This document shows positions 38,154 to 52,800 of a stretch of DNA of 64,000 nt, piece after piece. Each line of letters starts with the position of its first letter. Position 1 is the first letter of the stretch. Position numbers and translations under genes: made by a program. The notes under the pieces were generated by a model, which searched no databases, was not told the DNA's origin, and saw nothing but the letters and a program-made list of their open reading frames with translations. Source of the DNA: Camelus dromedarius (Eukaryota); the NCBI RefSeq assembly GCF_036321535.1, contig NC_087437.1, forward strand, positions 41,852,001 to 41,916,000, given 5' to 3'.

Positions 38154-41100
38154 TGGAAGGAGATTTAATTTGTGTGATTTCAGTTTGCCTGTTTGTTCCC
38201 GTCGGTTTACTTCATGCTGTTCTGTAGATCATCCCCCAGCCCTAGGCCATTTTTGGAGATCAGAGTTACCTTATTTTATTAACTGACTTGAATTTAAGAG
38301 GAGATTATTTCAAAGTAGTAGATCTCTGGAGGGAAAATAAGATTTTTTAACATTCAGATGAACCAGGTAGTTTATTAATATCCACAGACTGCGTAGGAAC
38401 ATAATTTATCCTGAATTTCACTGTGAGTCATCCAGAAACCAGAAAATTGGATGTACAATTAGATCTGTCATATTTTCTAACCTTTGAACATTTTTTTTTC
38501 AATTTTTTGTCGCCTTCAGTAGTTAGGAAAAACTCTGCTTTCCACTCAGAGAAATGGTCGAAGTCATCTCAGTACTCCTGTTGGAAATGCATTAGGTGCT
38601 AACATTCTTCAATTTGTTAGACTAAAAGTTATGGGGAGGGGATAGAGGGAAAGAAAGAAAGCAGTAGTATTGTTTTATTCCTCTGAACTTGTCCCTAGCA
38701 CATAATGATTTCATAGTGGTGACTGCTCTGAGTATTTTTTTGCTTCTGAGAAATTGATGTTGAGTTTGGGCAGATCACTTATGAAAAGATGGGGCAGACT
38801 TTTTGTTAAGTGAATATAAAACTTAAACATCCGATGTAAGTGCATGTTAGGAATACTGAAAATAGCAGATAACAATTCAAATGGAAAGATACAAGTTTAT
38901 ATACAAATAAGTTCAGGGGGAAATTATCTACTGTGTTCTGTAATGTCTTTGCCATCCATAATAGTTCATTAATTCCTGAACTCCTCAAGGGAATGCTGCT
39001 GGTATGTGTGCATGCTTCGTGATCTGTATGGGTATATTTTCTTCGCCCTGTGTGTAAATGGCTTTCATATTGTAGCAGGTCATTTTTGTGGCCTAGTAAT
39101 TACTCTAGAGATAGGATCGTTACCAACTGATATCAAAAGTTACTAAGAGTCACAGTCTCTGTATCTCGTAGAGATACAAAGGATTACATCACGTTCACAG
39201 ACTGTTCTTTGATTTTTGACACTTTTCTAAAGAAAAGTGTCTCATTCTGTTGTAGCTCCTCATGTTCCAGACACATCATTTTACATAATTTATCATTTTC
39301 TTTAAATCCTTCTGGCACTTTATCTGTGCTTTTCAGAACCCTTGTCCTTTTCCTTGTTGTCCGATTGTGTAGGGATGATTACTGATTTAACTTAATGTCT
39401 TTCGCGGTGAGTGCATAGTAAATGCTTATTGGATGGTTGGATGAATTCCTCGGTTGAATGTGCCACTTAAACTTAGTACTTCTTCTCAGGCACTCAAGTC
39501 AGTATTTCTTCTACTGAAGTTGATCTCTTTGAAGTATGGGCCATATTGTAGGCATTGTTGTGTTTCCACAGTTTTCCTGAAAAATTTTTTTCTCCTAAGT
39601 ATTAAATTAAAACAAAAGCATGAGTCACCTTCAGTGCAAACCTGGCCTTTCTCTTAGGGCTATTTTAAAGAAATGAAGTTCTCCAGAGACTTTGTCATGT
39701 CTGTATCAGATCACTAATTGATTTTGAAAATTTGAACAAATAGCTTCTATTTCTATTCCCTAAAAATGTGGCCCTCGATTATGTATGTTTTGCTTGTCTG
39801 TTGGAGTCAGTTTGGGAATTATAAATTAGAAAAATTACTTTCTGAAAAATGTAACTTTTCAGAGATTTGTGGTAGTTGAAAACAATTCTTTTATATGGAA
39901 ATTCTAGAGGGAGGGATTAAGGGAAAGAAAAAAAACCCAACATGTGCCTTGCTGAGATGTTGAGGGCCCAGCAGAGAGAGTTGATGCTGCTAGACTGGTG
40001 ACCAGAGTGTTTCGTGCTAAACTAAGCCATGGAGAAAGGGTCAGAGAGCATGTCATGGAAACCTGAGGAGAATGACCTCAGCCATTTGAAGGTGGAGTCA
40101 AAGGGTACCTGAGAAGGGAAGAATCTTCTGGAGGATTATAGGGCTAATGTGTGGATTTGGGGGGTGCACCCATTCTTATTCATTATGTCTGGGGTGGGAT
40201 CTGGAAATCCTTATCAAGCGTTCCAGGTGAATGATATGATCAGTCAAGTTTGGGAAACCCAGGATTGGGGACTCAGCCCTCTTGGTAATTTATCCTTTTA
40301 AGGTGTTTGACCTGATGGCTGCAATGAAGAGAGGTGGGCGGAGCACTTAGGACACCAGAGAGAGGATTCCAATTAGAATTGAAGAGTTCCTCAGAAGGGT
40401 TTTATCATCACATGCTTTGGGGTAAAACGATAACCAGCCCTTGGCAGTTTTACATGGAAACGAGGACCCTTGTCATTTGAGCACTACTTCCAAACACTGA
40501 CTACAAATTGGATGTAAAATACAATAGTGACCAGCAATTCTCGATCACATACCCTGTGCCAGGCACTTATGTGTATGTGTGTATATATGTGTATATATTC
40601 CATGTTCATTAAATTATGAAAGGTAGATGGTATTTGTTTTCCTATATGTTTCCAGTATCCACCGCCGAAGGCAGAACATACCCGGTGCCCTGTAAATGTT
40701 TGTTGAGTAAACTAAGATTAGAAGACATGCTCAAAAGTGTTGAAAAGATCACCTAAACTGATCCCAGAACTTCTTTTTCCAGCTATATGACACTGCTTCT
40801 TTAATAGTTCACATTAAATGTCTTATTTGTATCTCCAGACTTGGGACAGTGTCTGTGTTCCCAGGCAGCCAGATGCTAAGACTAAGTATTAGTTGAATGC
40901 CACCCATGTATTCAACCTGTCTGTGGTCCAGAAACCTAAAATTTATTTTTGAAACAATAATAATATTCTGGACATCTCCAAAGATGGAGATTTTCCTAGA
41001 TTGTTTTCTGTAATAGCACCTTAACCTTGGAATGAGAGAAACCAGAGAATAAAAGTATACTTCATAGAAAGTAATGTATAAGAAACTCAGTATAGTGAAT

Positions 41101-43639
41101 GGGAAAAATCTAGAGAAGTTGGTTAAGAAATGGTCGTGAAACATGACTCAGACATTTGAGGAATTTTATGAAAGAGAGCCCTTTTCACTCAGGGGCAGTA
41201 CAGTTTTGTTCATCTCACATTCCCTCTCTTCAGTGCCTTTCATTTGAGTTAATTTATATAGAGTAAGATCCTGTACTTATAATTTGCACCTGGAAAAGCA
41301 AGGCCTCCGCATTCCTAATACTAACCCTCTCTGTCCTTGCAAGGCTAACAGTTTGTGGTGTTTGGGTTGCACCGAAGGCAGCCACAGGGATGGGACGAGC
41401 CCAGAACTGACTGGAGCATGCCTCGTCTCTGCAAAGAGCAGCCCCCGTGGTGAATAAAAGGTGACCTCAGGATTCCGAGGAGCCCTGTGCTTTCCCAGAC
41501 GGTCGAGACGGCCTGGGGAGCTGGCAGCCCTAAATGCTTCCTTTGTTAGAAATCATTGAGCTCCCCACTCCATCTTTAGAAAGTGAGTTCACCAAAGGTG
41601 AGTTAAGGACAAGGCTTTGAAGTCGGACCTGACATGCTTTCTCCTGTGTTTGTGTTGGGGGCGGTGTGGATGAAGAGCCTAATGAAGATGCAGCGCCCAA
41701 GGTGGTTCCCTGAAACTGCTTCTTGCCGCTTCACAGAAATGCTGCTCGTGGGCCAGAAGGAGCTGTGTGCTTCTCTGGGGATTGTGTTTCCACGGGATGG
41801 TGAGGACTGTTAGAACAACTTTCTCTTGTTTCTCAAAACTTCTGCCCAGAAGGGAGGCTATAAATGGTGAAACGTTCACAATGGGTGGCACCACAGAGAA
41901 GTGCTCCCCCGTGCCGGGCTGCCCTCCGCTGGGTGCAGCTGGGGGCCGGGAAGCCTTCGGCCGGTCACCCAGCTTTCCTTCTCTGTGGTTTGATCCTCAT
42001 GACACAGAGCACCACAGGGTCAAACTAACTTTTAAGAGTAACTTAATTGGAAAACAGCTGTTTTATACCTTAAGATGTAAGCAGTTCTAAGCACTACGAA
42101 AAAGGAGTATGTTTTAGTTTTAGGATTTGGGCATTTTATGTGTTGATTTTAAATTGCTTGGACCCTCTTCTGTCTGACCCTTCACATACTTTCATCACCT
42201 TCACCTGAAGGTGGGGATTTACTTACTTAATTTCAGGTAAGAGAGACTGAAATTGTCCCTGTGTACACTCATCTTCAAGGAAATTATAAAATCAGTAGCA
42301 TTGAGCCTCCTAGAAGGGAATTAAGTTCAGTTTTTAAAATGCTCTCCTTTAAAAATTATTTATCTCTTTAATGAACATTTTTCACTATTTATTCTTAGTG
42401 CATGAAAACACTGGAAGTGGGTATCCTTGTTGTACCACAAGTAAAGAGCGATAATTCCCAAAGCCCTAGCTGTGCCCCTGAGTTTTAGACCTAGTCAGTC
42501 AACTGCAGATGGTCTTCACCTTACTTCCCCACAGACGTTTCAGACTCAATCTACCTGTTGTCGTTTTTTTTTTTTTTTTGAAGAGAGATGGAGGAGGGAG
42601 AAGAAATGGATAGCAATTTTTAAAGCTTGGATTTTACTTCAGGCTTTAATTAGCAATGGATATCTTTAATTTACCATAAAATTTCTTTATTAATGAAGAA
42701 ACATAGCTATTGCCAGGGTTATTTGATTTTGACATATTCTAATCTTGCTGTGTGGTTACTGTGTAGTAGCTTTCCCGGATCTGAATGAAACCTGCGACAA
42801 TCTGAGTAATTTAAAAGCATAGCTTTTTAGGTTTTGCCATTTGCTTGTCATATTAAATTTAAACATGGAAACAATGTCACTTCTGATTTATGTTTTACTT
42901 TCCAATTCTCTTAGTTCAGTTTCCTTAGGAGTTCAAACCCATTAGGGCATAATAGTTGGCTAAAAAGAGAAAGAACTGAGGATACTAATAAACTTCTCCA
43001 CTAGATTACCTTAGCTTTATTTCGTTTGGAGTAACTTTGAGCCCCAAGTGATTGCCATTAACCTAGTTCTGCAAGTGTTCCTTCCTTGCTTTTGTGAGGA
43101 GCGGGGGTTGTAGGAGGGAGTGGAGGGGAGCAGGCCAGGGTTTGGGAAGGATGTAGTTCCAATGAAGGTGAGCGAGTTTGTTCCTATTATGTTTTATGTG
43201 GGATGATAACGTTTTCCAAATTCTAGTTTCCACTGAGTCATCTGTGAGTTCAGTAGAGGGGCAATTCTAGTCTGCTGTCAGATGTTCTGCTTGGCAGGTT
43301 AATGAAGAACTTCTTTTTAAAAGTGTTTTAAACACAAATTGCTGTTTTTGTGTATCTTCAATAACTGTCAATTTGGCCAAGAAATAACTTTTATATCATT
43401 TTTCATGAAAACTCATAGAATGATTTTTCTAGATAGTTTAATTGCAAGATAGTTTAGATTAAAAGGAAACATCTCTTTGGAGAAACCATGCTGCTTGGGA
43501 ATTCTTTAGTCCCCATCTGTAAACAATAGCAGATTATCACTTACAGTTTTCGTATTTGGGGATCATGGGAAACTACTCACTTAACTTGGAACTAGTATTT
43601 TTGGTAAGAAGGTAAATCCTTTGTCATCATTTATAGTGG

Positions 43640-43830
43640 GCTGATTGAGCCCATGTGCTCTGGCAGCTGAGCCCTGCGTTTGAGACCCCACTGCAGATTT
43701 CTGTCTCTGACTTTGGTTAAGCTACTGAATCTCAGTGACTCAGTTAAAAGGAATTGTTAGGACTGTTTGGCTCCATATGGTGCTTTGTCAAGTGCTTAGC
43801 AAGTGATAGTTGCTGTTTTATTACTCTATT
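43640..43830 (+). mobile_element. MIR fragment
   Basis: 'gagcccatgtgctctggcag...ctgactttggttaagctactgaatctc...aagtgcttagc'. Confidence 0.55.
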
Positions 43831-46800
43831 CACTGACTACAGGCAGATTTAATTGTTGGACACATTTCTTAATGGAATGGTAGTTATCTAAAGACATTTC
43901 CCAATTACTCTGAAAGTGTATATGAATACTAACCATCAGTTTTGTCTTGGCCTTGCCACTGACTCCTTGCGTGTTCTTGGCCAAGTGACGGCTTTGTAGC
44001 TTCCCTCCAAAGTCATATTTGAGCTGTTTACCCTAGTAAAGTAATGTGGGCATAAAGTGAAATATAATATATGTAAGAAGCACTTTGAGGGGGGTGGAAA
44101 AGCAGGTCTGAATGCCAAGAAGTATTTAATTAAACAAGTGCTACTTCTACCAACATTTTTCTTCTTCCCTGCCTCCTGAAAGAGAGATGGTCCCTTTTTA
44201 AGCTCTACTTCCTATCCTAAAATCTAGGATCAAAGGAGAGTTGTAATAAAGGAGAGTCACTCCCTCCCATTCCCTCTCTTTTTTGTGGATGTTGTTCTAA
44301 CTTTTTAGGACAGGAGGTCGGGCCTGATGTTAGTGGGTGAAACCATGGGGCTCCCAGGACCTGCCTTTCATCTCTGGGTCACCACCTCGGACAGTGTTCT
44401 TCACCTCTGTAACAGTCTGAAGACACCACTGCTGGGGAGCAGCGCACTGCAGGCCGAGACCTTGAAGTGGGTCTAGAAGTCTCAGCCACCTTCGCGGCTC
44501 GTTGTTGTTCGGATGCTCATTTCTTTAGAATAACATAGAATGTTTGGCAGAGGTGTCAATGACTAAAAGAGTTTTCTCTGCTTTGGCGGTGCCTAAGTCT
44601 CACCGGCTTCTTGTAAATTGGAAGCCGAGCTCCAAAAAAGTAAGAGAAGAAAAACAAAACTGAATTCTAGCTGGTTGTTTACTGGCAGGGTTGTTCTAGA
44701 CATAAACACAGTTGAATGGAAAGGATAATAGGGATTGGAGCCTGTGTTGCTCCGTGAGAGTGAATGAGCCAGTGTTAGACCTTCATGTTGGAGAAAAAAA
44801 CAACATTCACCTTTTAAAAAAACAAAACAAAAACAAAAATAAAGCAGTCATTGCAGGCTGACTGATGAAAATTAAAGGTCAGTTTCTTCACTGCCCCACC
44901 TCACTGAGCGCCTGGGGCCATGTTAATAGTGGCAATCCTATTATTTTCTTGCAGTAGGCAGGAAATGCTGTCTACACCCATTAGATTTGTTTCAGTGGCC
45001 CCTGGCTGGAAATGAAGAAAATTTAATTTTTGAACTTGCTGGGAGTTAAAAAAAAAAAAAAATCACAGTGCTGCATAGAGGTTGATTTTTGGGCTGGAAT
45101 AAAAACAGTGTCATTTGAGAAAACTTGTTCTCAATCTCTATTATAGGAACATTTGGCCCTTATTCACATTTGAAATCATGAATGAACTTAAATGCAAGTT
45201 ATGTGTGTAGAAAACCTTTCTGAATATTGTCAGAACTGGCTCAGTTCTGGACTTTTTATCGTATGTTTGCCGAGTGCTCAGTTTCTCACATATTCCACTG
45301 GCTGCTGGAAACTTGCTTGAAGAAAGGCTTTGTCACAAGGTTGGTTTTTTTTTTGTTGTTGTTGTTTTGTTTTTTAGAAGATTAGTTTGCTTTTCAAAAA
45401 CAGCATTCATCTTGAAATTTATATATTCATTAGGGCAATCAATTACCTTGCAGTTTTGATAGCAAGAAGAAAAAATTGATATTAATGTTACAGAGAAAAT
45501 ATGTGAGCCTGTGCTTGCCAATTGTAATCATACTGCCTTTCAGAGTTATGTTTCCTAATCTCATGCTTACTTGGTTTCCATTATTCTGTGTCCTTTGCTT
45601 AAGAATGAGATCTTTTAAAAAATGATTTTCTTTTAGCAAGTTGATATCCCTCCTACATCTTTACGTTTTTAAGTAAGTCAAAAGATCTTGATTGCCATTT
45701 TGATGTTTGATTTTTTGGGATGTTCTGTTACAGATTCACAGCTGGTATATAATTCATTCTTCTAAGACAATATCAGATTTTCCCATGAGAGGCGGGTCTT
45801 AAGTTGAAGGGGCTTGCTTAAAGTCATAGGCGTGGCCAGCGCGAGAAGAAGCAGGTGTTTGTCTTTGTGTCCACAGGAGGTAAAAGAAACTATTATATTT
45901 TAATGGATCTGTAATTCTTACAGAACAGGACCTCTTGTGTTAGCACCTTTACTTCAGGTCGTTGTATTCATTTTGCATTGACGATACACTTAGAGCTTTT
46001 TCTTTGTTTCCTGAAATGATACATTGAAAAGGGGTTTCTAAGACTTTGTAGCAAAGAACAGTGAACCATGGAGTTTTTATGACTATTGTCCTTTCTCTTT
46101 GTCTTAATTCTTAAAACCTTTAGTAGTGTGCCTATAGTGGTGACCATTTTGCCTCTGACATTTTGCTTCTGGTTGTTATCAATGTGAGCAGTTTTCATAA
46201 TGCTTATTTCCCTCATTTATTTGTCACCATAAGTACCGACAAGAAGAAGCAAAGCATGGGATTCTTGTAGTAGTATTTTTTGTAACAACTGTAGTATTAC
46301 AATTATGTGTGTGTTTTGTAAAATATATTTTGGTGATAGCACATGACATAGTACATATTTGGGGGGACATTTTAAAATACAAATTTATTTTTCAGTTATA
46401 AAAGAAATGGTACTTTCTAGTAACCTTTTCTGTAGGGTTTTTTTTTTTTTTTTGGACACCTCTGAAACTGTTCCTCCTCAAGACTCCTGACACTAATTGT
46501 ACCCCATGGTGTGGGGAATTTGAAACTAACACACAAAAATAGTTAAAGGGCTTTGGAAAATTTCATGTGATACTGGGAGTCAAATGGTTTGATCTAAAAA
46601 AAATTGTTTGCTTGATTGGAAATTTAGGTTTAAATGTTTGTATGGATTATTAACTGGCTGAAATCTGTTACCGATTGGCCATCCTATTTGAAATACATCT
46701 GGTCTATTTAAGTTTGGCAAGAAATCAGTGCAAAGATACAAGTTAGGCGTTATTATTTATTTTTCTAAGTCAGTAACGCAAATCATGTTTTGCCATGGAA

Positions 46801-49800
46801 AAGTAATCATTGAGAACATTACACCTGATAGCCTGTATAAACTTGCCTAACCTTTACCATAATGATACTTCTTCCAGGATGCTGACCAGATGATTGCGTA
46901 TAAGGATGTTTATCTATAGTCCAGTGAATTAAAACTTGTAGATACATAGAGGGCACGTATCACTTCTTCCTTGTGTTGTTTTTTTGAATGATCTGGTTAG
47001 TGAGAGCCTTCATTTTGAAATGTTTCAAACCAATTAGGCATCTTTTGACCTAAATCTTCCAGCCTTCAGCTTTAAGGGATACATATTTGTAAAAATTTGT
47101 CAGAATGTGAGTATTTAGCCAGGTAGTCAGTTCCTGTTAGCTGTGAGAGGGCCTGGGCCTCAGTTGACTGGTGTTTATTAAAAACTTGTTTTTTGCAGAA
47201 TGTTCTTCCATCATGAAGAGAGGACTCTCATAGTGAACAGTGAACCCCTCATAGAGATCCAGTTGACACCAATTCTCTAATGTTCTCTCAGGATTCTCAT
47301 GACTTAACCTTGTATTGAACCTCTGAAAAAGTATTGGAAGATGGTAGATTTTAATTGGAAATGATAAAATTCTTCTTTTAGATGCCAGTCAGTCCCCTTG
47401 CCCTTGGGTGGGGGGTCCTAGTGGTATGTTCACAGTTGTGGGTGGAATTTGGAGGAGGAGAATTGGTAGCGGTGGAGGACTGGCAGAGGATAAGGCATTT
47501 TATGAGTTGGATACATGCCCAGGCTTTCTACTGTATCCACCAGGTGATGAGGCTGATTCCCCACCGTGGTGGGAGAAAACCCTAGCGGCCCACTCCACAC
47601 TTTTCATTTCTCCTTTAGAACCAGGAGACGGTAGGGACTGATAGGCTGCAGAACCTGAATCTTAGGGAGCCTTCAGTTCAGTCAGAGCTGGTATTTGTCT
47701 AACTGTAAAGGTGTAGCAAGGAATGGAACAGGGAGACTGCTAATTCCTATTTGTCTTCTCCACTTTTATAGAACTAACTTCAGGGCGGGGACCACGTCTT
47801 TCCTTTTCTCTTTCTATAGTAACAAACAATAAATGTTCCATAAGTTTATTTGAATAAATAACTTAATAATGGAGCAAGACATAATGTTGTTTTGACACTG
47901 AGATACCATGTGTTTGAACCACAGGAAAACTTGTTTGCTTTTAATTTTAAAGCTCTTCTAATTCTTGGAAGAAATATGGAACTTTTAATTTAAAATAACA
48001 GATGCCTGAAAATAAGTGAAGATCGAAAAGATTGTTGGTGTTTGGTAATAGTGAAGAACTATTTGTTTTGCAAGTAATACATTCAAACTAGCTTAAGCAA
48101 AAAAAGGTTGGAGTCATTGGACGGGAAATGAGGGCAGTGTCCCTGGACCTTGTGAGGCCTTGGAACCAGCCCTGGGAAGTCTGGGAGCCAAGATTGCTTT
48201 TCTTCCTCCTTCCCTTTCTCCTTCCTTTTTTTTTTTTTTTTTTTTTTCTTTTTGGTACTTCTTCTGTAGAGTCCATCTTATATAAATGCTGGATGCATCT
48301 AAAGTCATAAAGCTTTACCAGTTTTTATTTTTCCTTCCAAAGTGGCAGTCTGCACATTACTTTTTAGTAATGAATTGAAGGTATGGATGGATGGTAGATA
48401 CATTGTCTTAGGGTCACTTTGTAGCAAATTCCTTTCCCAGGGTGCCATGTATAGTCAGTTTGTGGGAGGAAAGTTACATAAAGAATGACTGCTATTCAAC
48501 AAAGTAATGATAATCTATATTTTCCTGTCTCTTGTTTCTTTAGAATGAACTGCACTGAGACATGGCTAGGTTGATTTCTTCCCTTAAATCATCTCAGAAA
48601 CTGTGCCCAGTCCATTAATTACTTTGTTCAGTGGACAGGAAATGGTTATGTTTGTACAAGTTACACAATCTTAACTAAGTTGGAGCAAGGAACCAGAGAG
48701 GTCTCTGATCTTTTTTTGTTGTTGTTGCAGAATTAACCATTTGGATCCACAAACTTACACACGATGCATGAACCAGGTTACTGGGGGCCTGTTACCCAAA
48801 ATCATGATTTGTTTTACTTACAGAATGGCTGCTTGTTTAGGGATACTGAGAAAAGTGGTTGCAGGAGATCATCATGCTGGTAGTGACGTTAAGTCTGTGA
48901 GGTTTTACTTCCCTCTTAACAGTTTCTTATGCATGCAGTAGAGGAGCTGTCCTGAAGCTGGTGCCCTGCCGGCACTACCAGGGAGGGTCAGCCTCTGCTC
49001 TCTCTCCCCCATCCTCCCTTGCAGGCTGTTGTAAGTTTGTTCTTCTTTTCTGTGGTTGGCAAGTTGCTTTCTTCTCCCAGCCCCTTGGCTATCACCTTAC
49101 TACCCCAGTCGTCTACTTTTCTGCATCCTAAAAGTGAAATTTTTCTCTATCACCATTTGATGATTCTTTAAGCTTTATGATTAGTATTTTGCAATTTGAG
49201 CAGAACTGATTTAAGTATAGTATTTCTAAGTACTCTTCTGCCTTTGACTGACTGTTCATTCATTTATTCATCCACCTCTCATTTTGGCTTGCGTTAATTA
49301 TTTCCTGAAGCCTGTGTATCACTGAGAGAAAATAAAATCTTAAGTAAGAGAATAACTAATAGAGGTCAAACTGAGAGAAGAATGAATGAAGAATTAAATG
49401 AATTTAGGCAGAGTCAGAAAACAGTCTCCCTCCTTAATACGCAAGCTGTCTGTGACTCCTTTGAAACAAGTGGAATTTTGATACATGAGCCACTGCCGCA
49501 AAATCATATTTACTCTCAGAGCTAATGAAGATTCCTCTTTTGAATGACCCATTGCCATTCCTTGTTTGCTTGTATCTTTTGCTCTCTTTCTTTCTTGTTA
49601 AATACTTTGGAAGCAAGTCTTGATTTTTGTGTATTTTCCCCATTTTTTTTCAAATGTTCCGTACTTCCTTAAAACTTGTTCTTTTCTTATAGTGCTTTTT
49701 CCTGTTTACCAAATCATCCCCTTGACCTCAAAATCACAGTGTCTTCAGTAAGTTCTGCCTTTCCTTGTACATTTTCCTCTTGTTTAGAACCTTGCAGTTA

Positions 49801-52800
49801 ATGCCCTCTCCTACTTCATTCCTTCTAGCAATTTCCTTTGATGGTGATACTTGCCTTGGAATTTCCACTTGAGCCTCTTAAACCTTTGGGGAAAGGTAAT
49901 TCTGTCAGCATTCACTTCTTCTCCCGTTCCAAAAGACTAGGGACAAAGAATCCTTCTTATGCATTCCTTAGAGCTGAAGAATCTGCTCTAAGTTTTCTGC
50001 CATCATTTTCTTACCAGGGTCTGAATTCTCTGTGAAGGTGCCTGATTCAATCGCCCATCTCTTCCCTGGTCTCAGTGTAGGACACAAGGGTTACATTTGG
50101 AATGGGCTCCAGACACTCAGATATCATTACTTTGGTAATGACTGCATGATGCTTTGAAGGCAGACAAACAGAATAGTTTCTCTAAGAGATGAGCTGGGTA
50201 AAATCAGGGTGCGATGATCTCTAATGACTTTTCCAGCTCTCTTATTCTGAATCTGTGAATTTATCTTTAGGGAAGTTTGTTCATCAGAAAGGCAAAACCA
50301 TCATTACCCATTTTATATTTTTTATTTGTAATCTATCTGCAGTTTAACTTTGTAATCAGAAGCTAGTTACTGTTTGCTCATCTATAAAATTCCTTATAAC
50401 TTTGTAAGAAACAGTTTTACTACCAGATACAATTATTGATTGTTCAGTTTTAAAATGTTTTACTTTAAAGGCAGTTCTCCAGTGGAAAGTATAATATGAG
50501 AGATACCTTTCATGTCTTTGAAATATGGGAAAAATGTTTTATTACATTAAAATTTAATAAATTTAAAACAAATATTTGCAGGCTGCCTATAGCCATGGCT
50601 GGTTGACATCCTTCCATTCATTGTGCTCCAGAAGAGGGTCACCAGATTTAAGACTGAGCTTTCAGATTGTTCTCACTATCAGTGGCATGTTACATGAAAT
50701 TGATTTTGAACTTTTCAGATTTATATTTTTGGCAGAGATGTTGAGAACTTTGATTTTTCTTCACCATCACTGTGTGTATGTGGCACATAGTAGGTTCTCC
50801 ATTTGGTTTATTGGATGAATAAAGGAAGTGATCCTGCTGGTCAGTGGGATTTAAAAAGTTGTCTCCACTAGCATTACAGATCACCACTGATCACCCCTGT
50901 TGTCTTCTGTGTTGTGTGACCCCAAGTTTGTTGTGACCTTACAGACATCTCAGTCACTGCAGGAGACAGACTCCTAAATTTTCTGGTGGGCTCCCATGTC
51001 TTATTTCTGGCAAACTGAAATATAAATCGACATATAAAGATTTCGCTCTAGTTTAGAAATGGCCTTTTTCGTGAAACATGCAGGAAGTCCTGCCTCCTGC
51101 CTGCGAAGCAGGGTGATAGGATCACACCTGAAAAAACGCCGCCTTGTTCAGAAGTGATACAATCGCTTTTCAGTTTGGAATATTGATAAGTGGGCAGATT
51201 TCTTTGGAAGCACGTTGTTTTTACTACACGTGTAAAACTCCAGGGAGCACTGAATAGGAGATGAGATGCTCCCTTTTGGCTGTGCGTTAGCAATGTGGCA
51301 GTTACTGATCTGTCATTTACTTTGAAAAGAAATTACAAAGTTTTGGCCTCCTGCCTGGAGTAGCTCCAGATGGTCAGAAAAGATTTTTGTACTGAAGTCA
51401 AAAGAGTATATTGCAGTGATGGAATTGGGCTTGTCATGTTTATATTAGAGCACTGACTTCCCACTTTATCCCTTTGCAAAGTTTTTCCTTCCTTTTCTTT
51501 TCTCTTTTTTTTTTTTCCTGAGGGAGTAAAGGGAAGAAAATGCTGCCTTAGAGTTATGGCATCTAAATTTGGAATACTTTTGTTCCTGGTGAGAGTGATG
51601 TAGAGGTATGGTGTGTGGTCCATAGAATTGTTTTTTTAATCTTAGTACCCCTGGTATTAAGTATTTAGAGGACTCACGGAGAACTGAGATGTGAAAACAC
51701 ACCAAGATCACTCTAGCTGATTTGGAAACGGGGGTCAGAAGCTTCATTTGGGTTGCATGTGCTTATCTGACAGACTGGCTGTTAGCCCACAACTGTTATT
51801 TAGTGGCCTTCCTTAGTCGATTGGCCCATCTTCGATGGGAGCTAGGCATTACTGCATCTTTTGTCTGTTTCCCCATGATTCTGTGGTCAATAGGGTAACG
51901 AAGAAGCATGGGTGGGAGGTGGGACCTGGGCAGATGAGCATGGTATTAACCAATAGTTCCCAGACTTTGCTCTTCTGGGCACTGACGCTTAAGTCCCACA
52001 CATGACCTTATGTACCGCCATGTCAACTTTGGAAGGGGAATAATGTGATTCCTATTTTCTGGACGAGAAAACAGATTCAGAGTAATACTATAATCTGCCC
52101 ACGGTAGTTAAGTAGGTAACTCTCTTTTGCTGCCTGCTCACAGTTTTGGAGAAATTTATTACAAGTTTCCTGCCCCTTCAGGTTAGAGGTGACTGTAGGC
52201 TGCAGGAAATAAAGCTCATTTTCCTCTGGGAATCTTGGGCCTGTTCAAACTGAGCCTTGAAGTAAAGCTTGGTCACAAGGCTGAGATTAAGACGTAAACC
52301 TACAGGCTGCTGCTCACACACTGCTTTCGGTTACTCTTGTGGTTACTGAGTAACTCGGTGAGTTTGAAGAACATTAACAGAGTTTTATATCTTCGAAGAA
52401 AATCAGCACATGGGGAAGTGACATTAAGTTGCATACCACAAAAAGGAATTTGTGTCTGTTTTGAGATGTTGGTGTATAAATTGGAGACAATGAAAAAAAT
52501 TCATAATTTAGATTGTTGCACTCTTAGTTGACTGGGTACTGGACACAGGTTGCTCTTTTGAAGCACTTTTCTTAAAAAGCATAAAGACTTGTGTTCTTTA
52601 CAGGTCGGTGCTTCCCTGTGCAGACCTTGAACTTGGTCAGCAGTCTTCTCCCCCACTGGCCCCCACAAGCTACCAGAATCGTCCTTTAGACTGTGATTCT
52701 GCTTCATAATTTTGTCTTCTTTTTAAATCTCCACTGTTTAGACATTGTTCATGCAGTATTATTTTTTCTATGTATATTATATGGTACTTTAATTAGTTCA

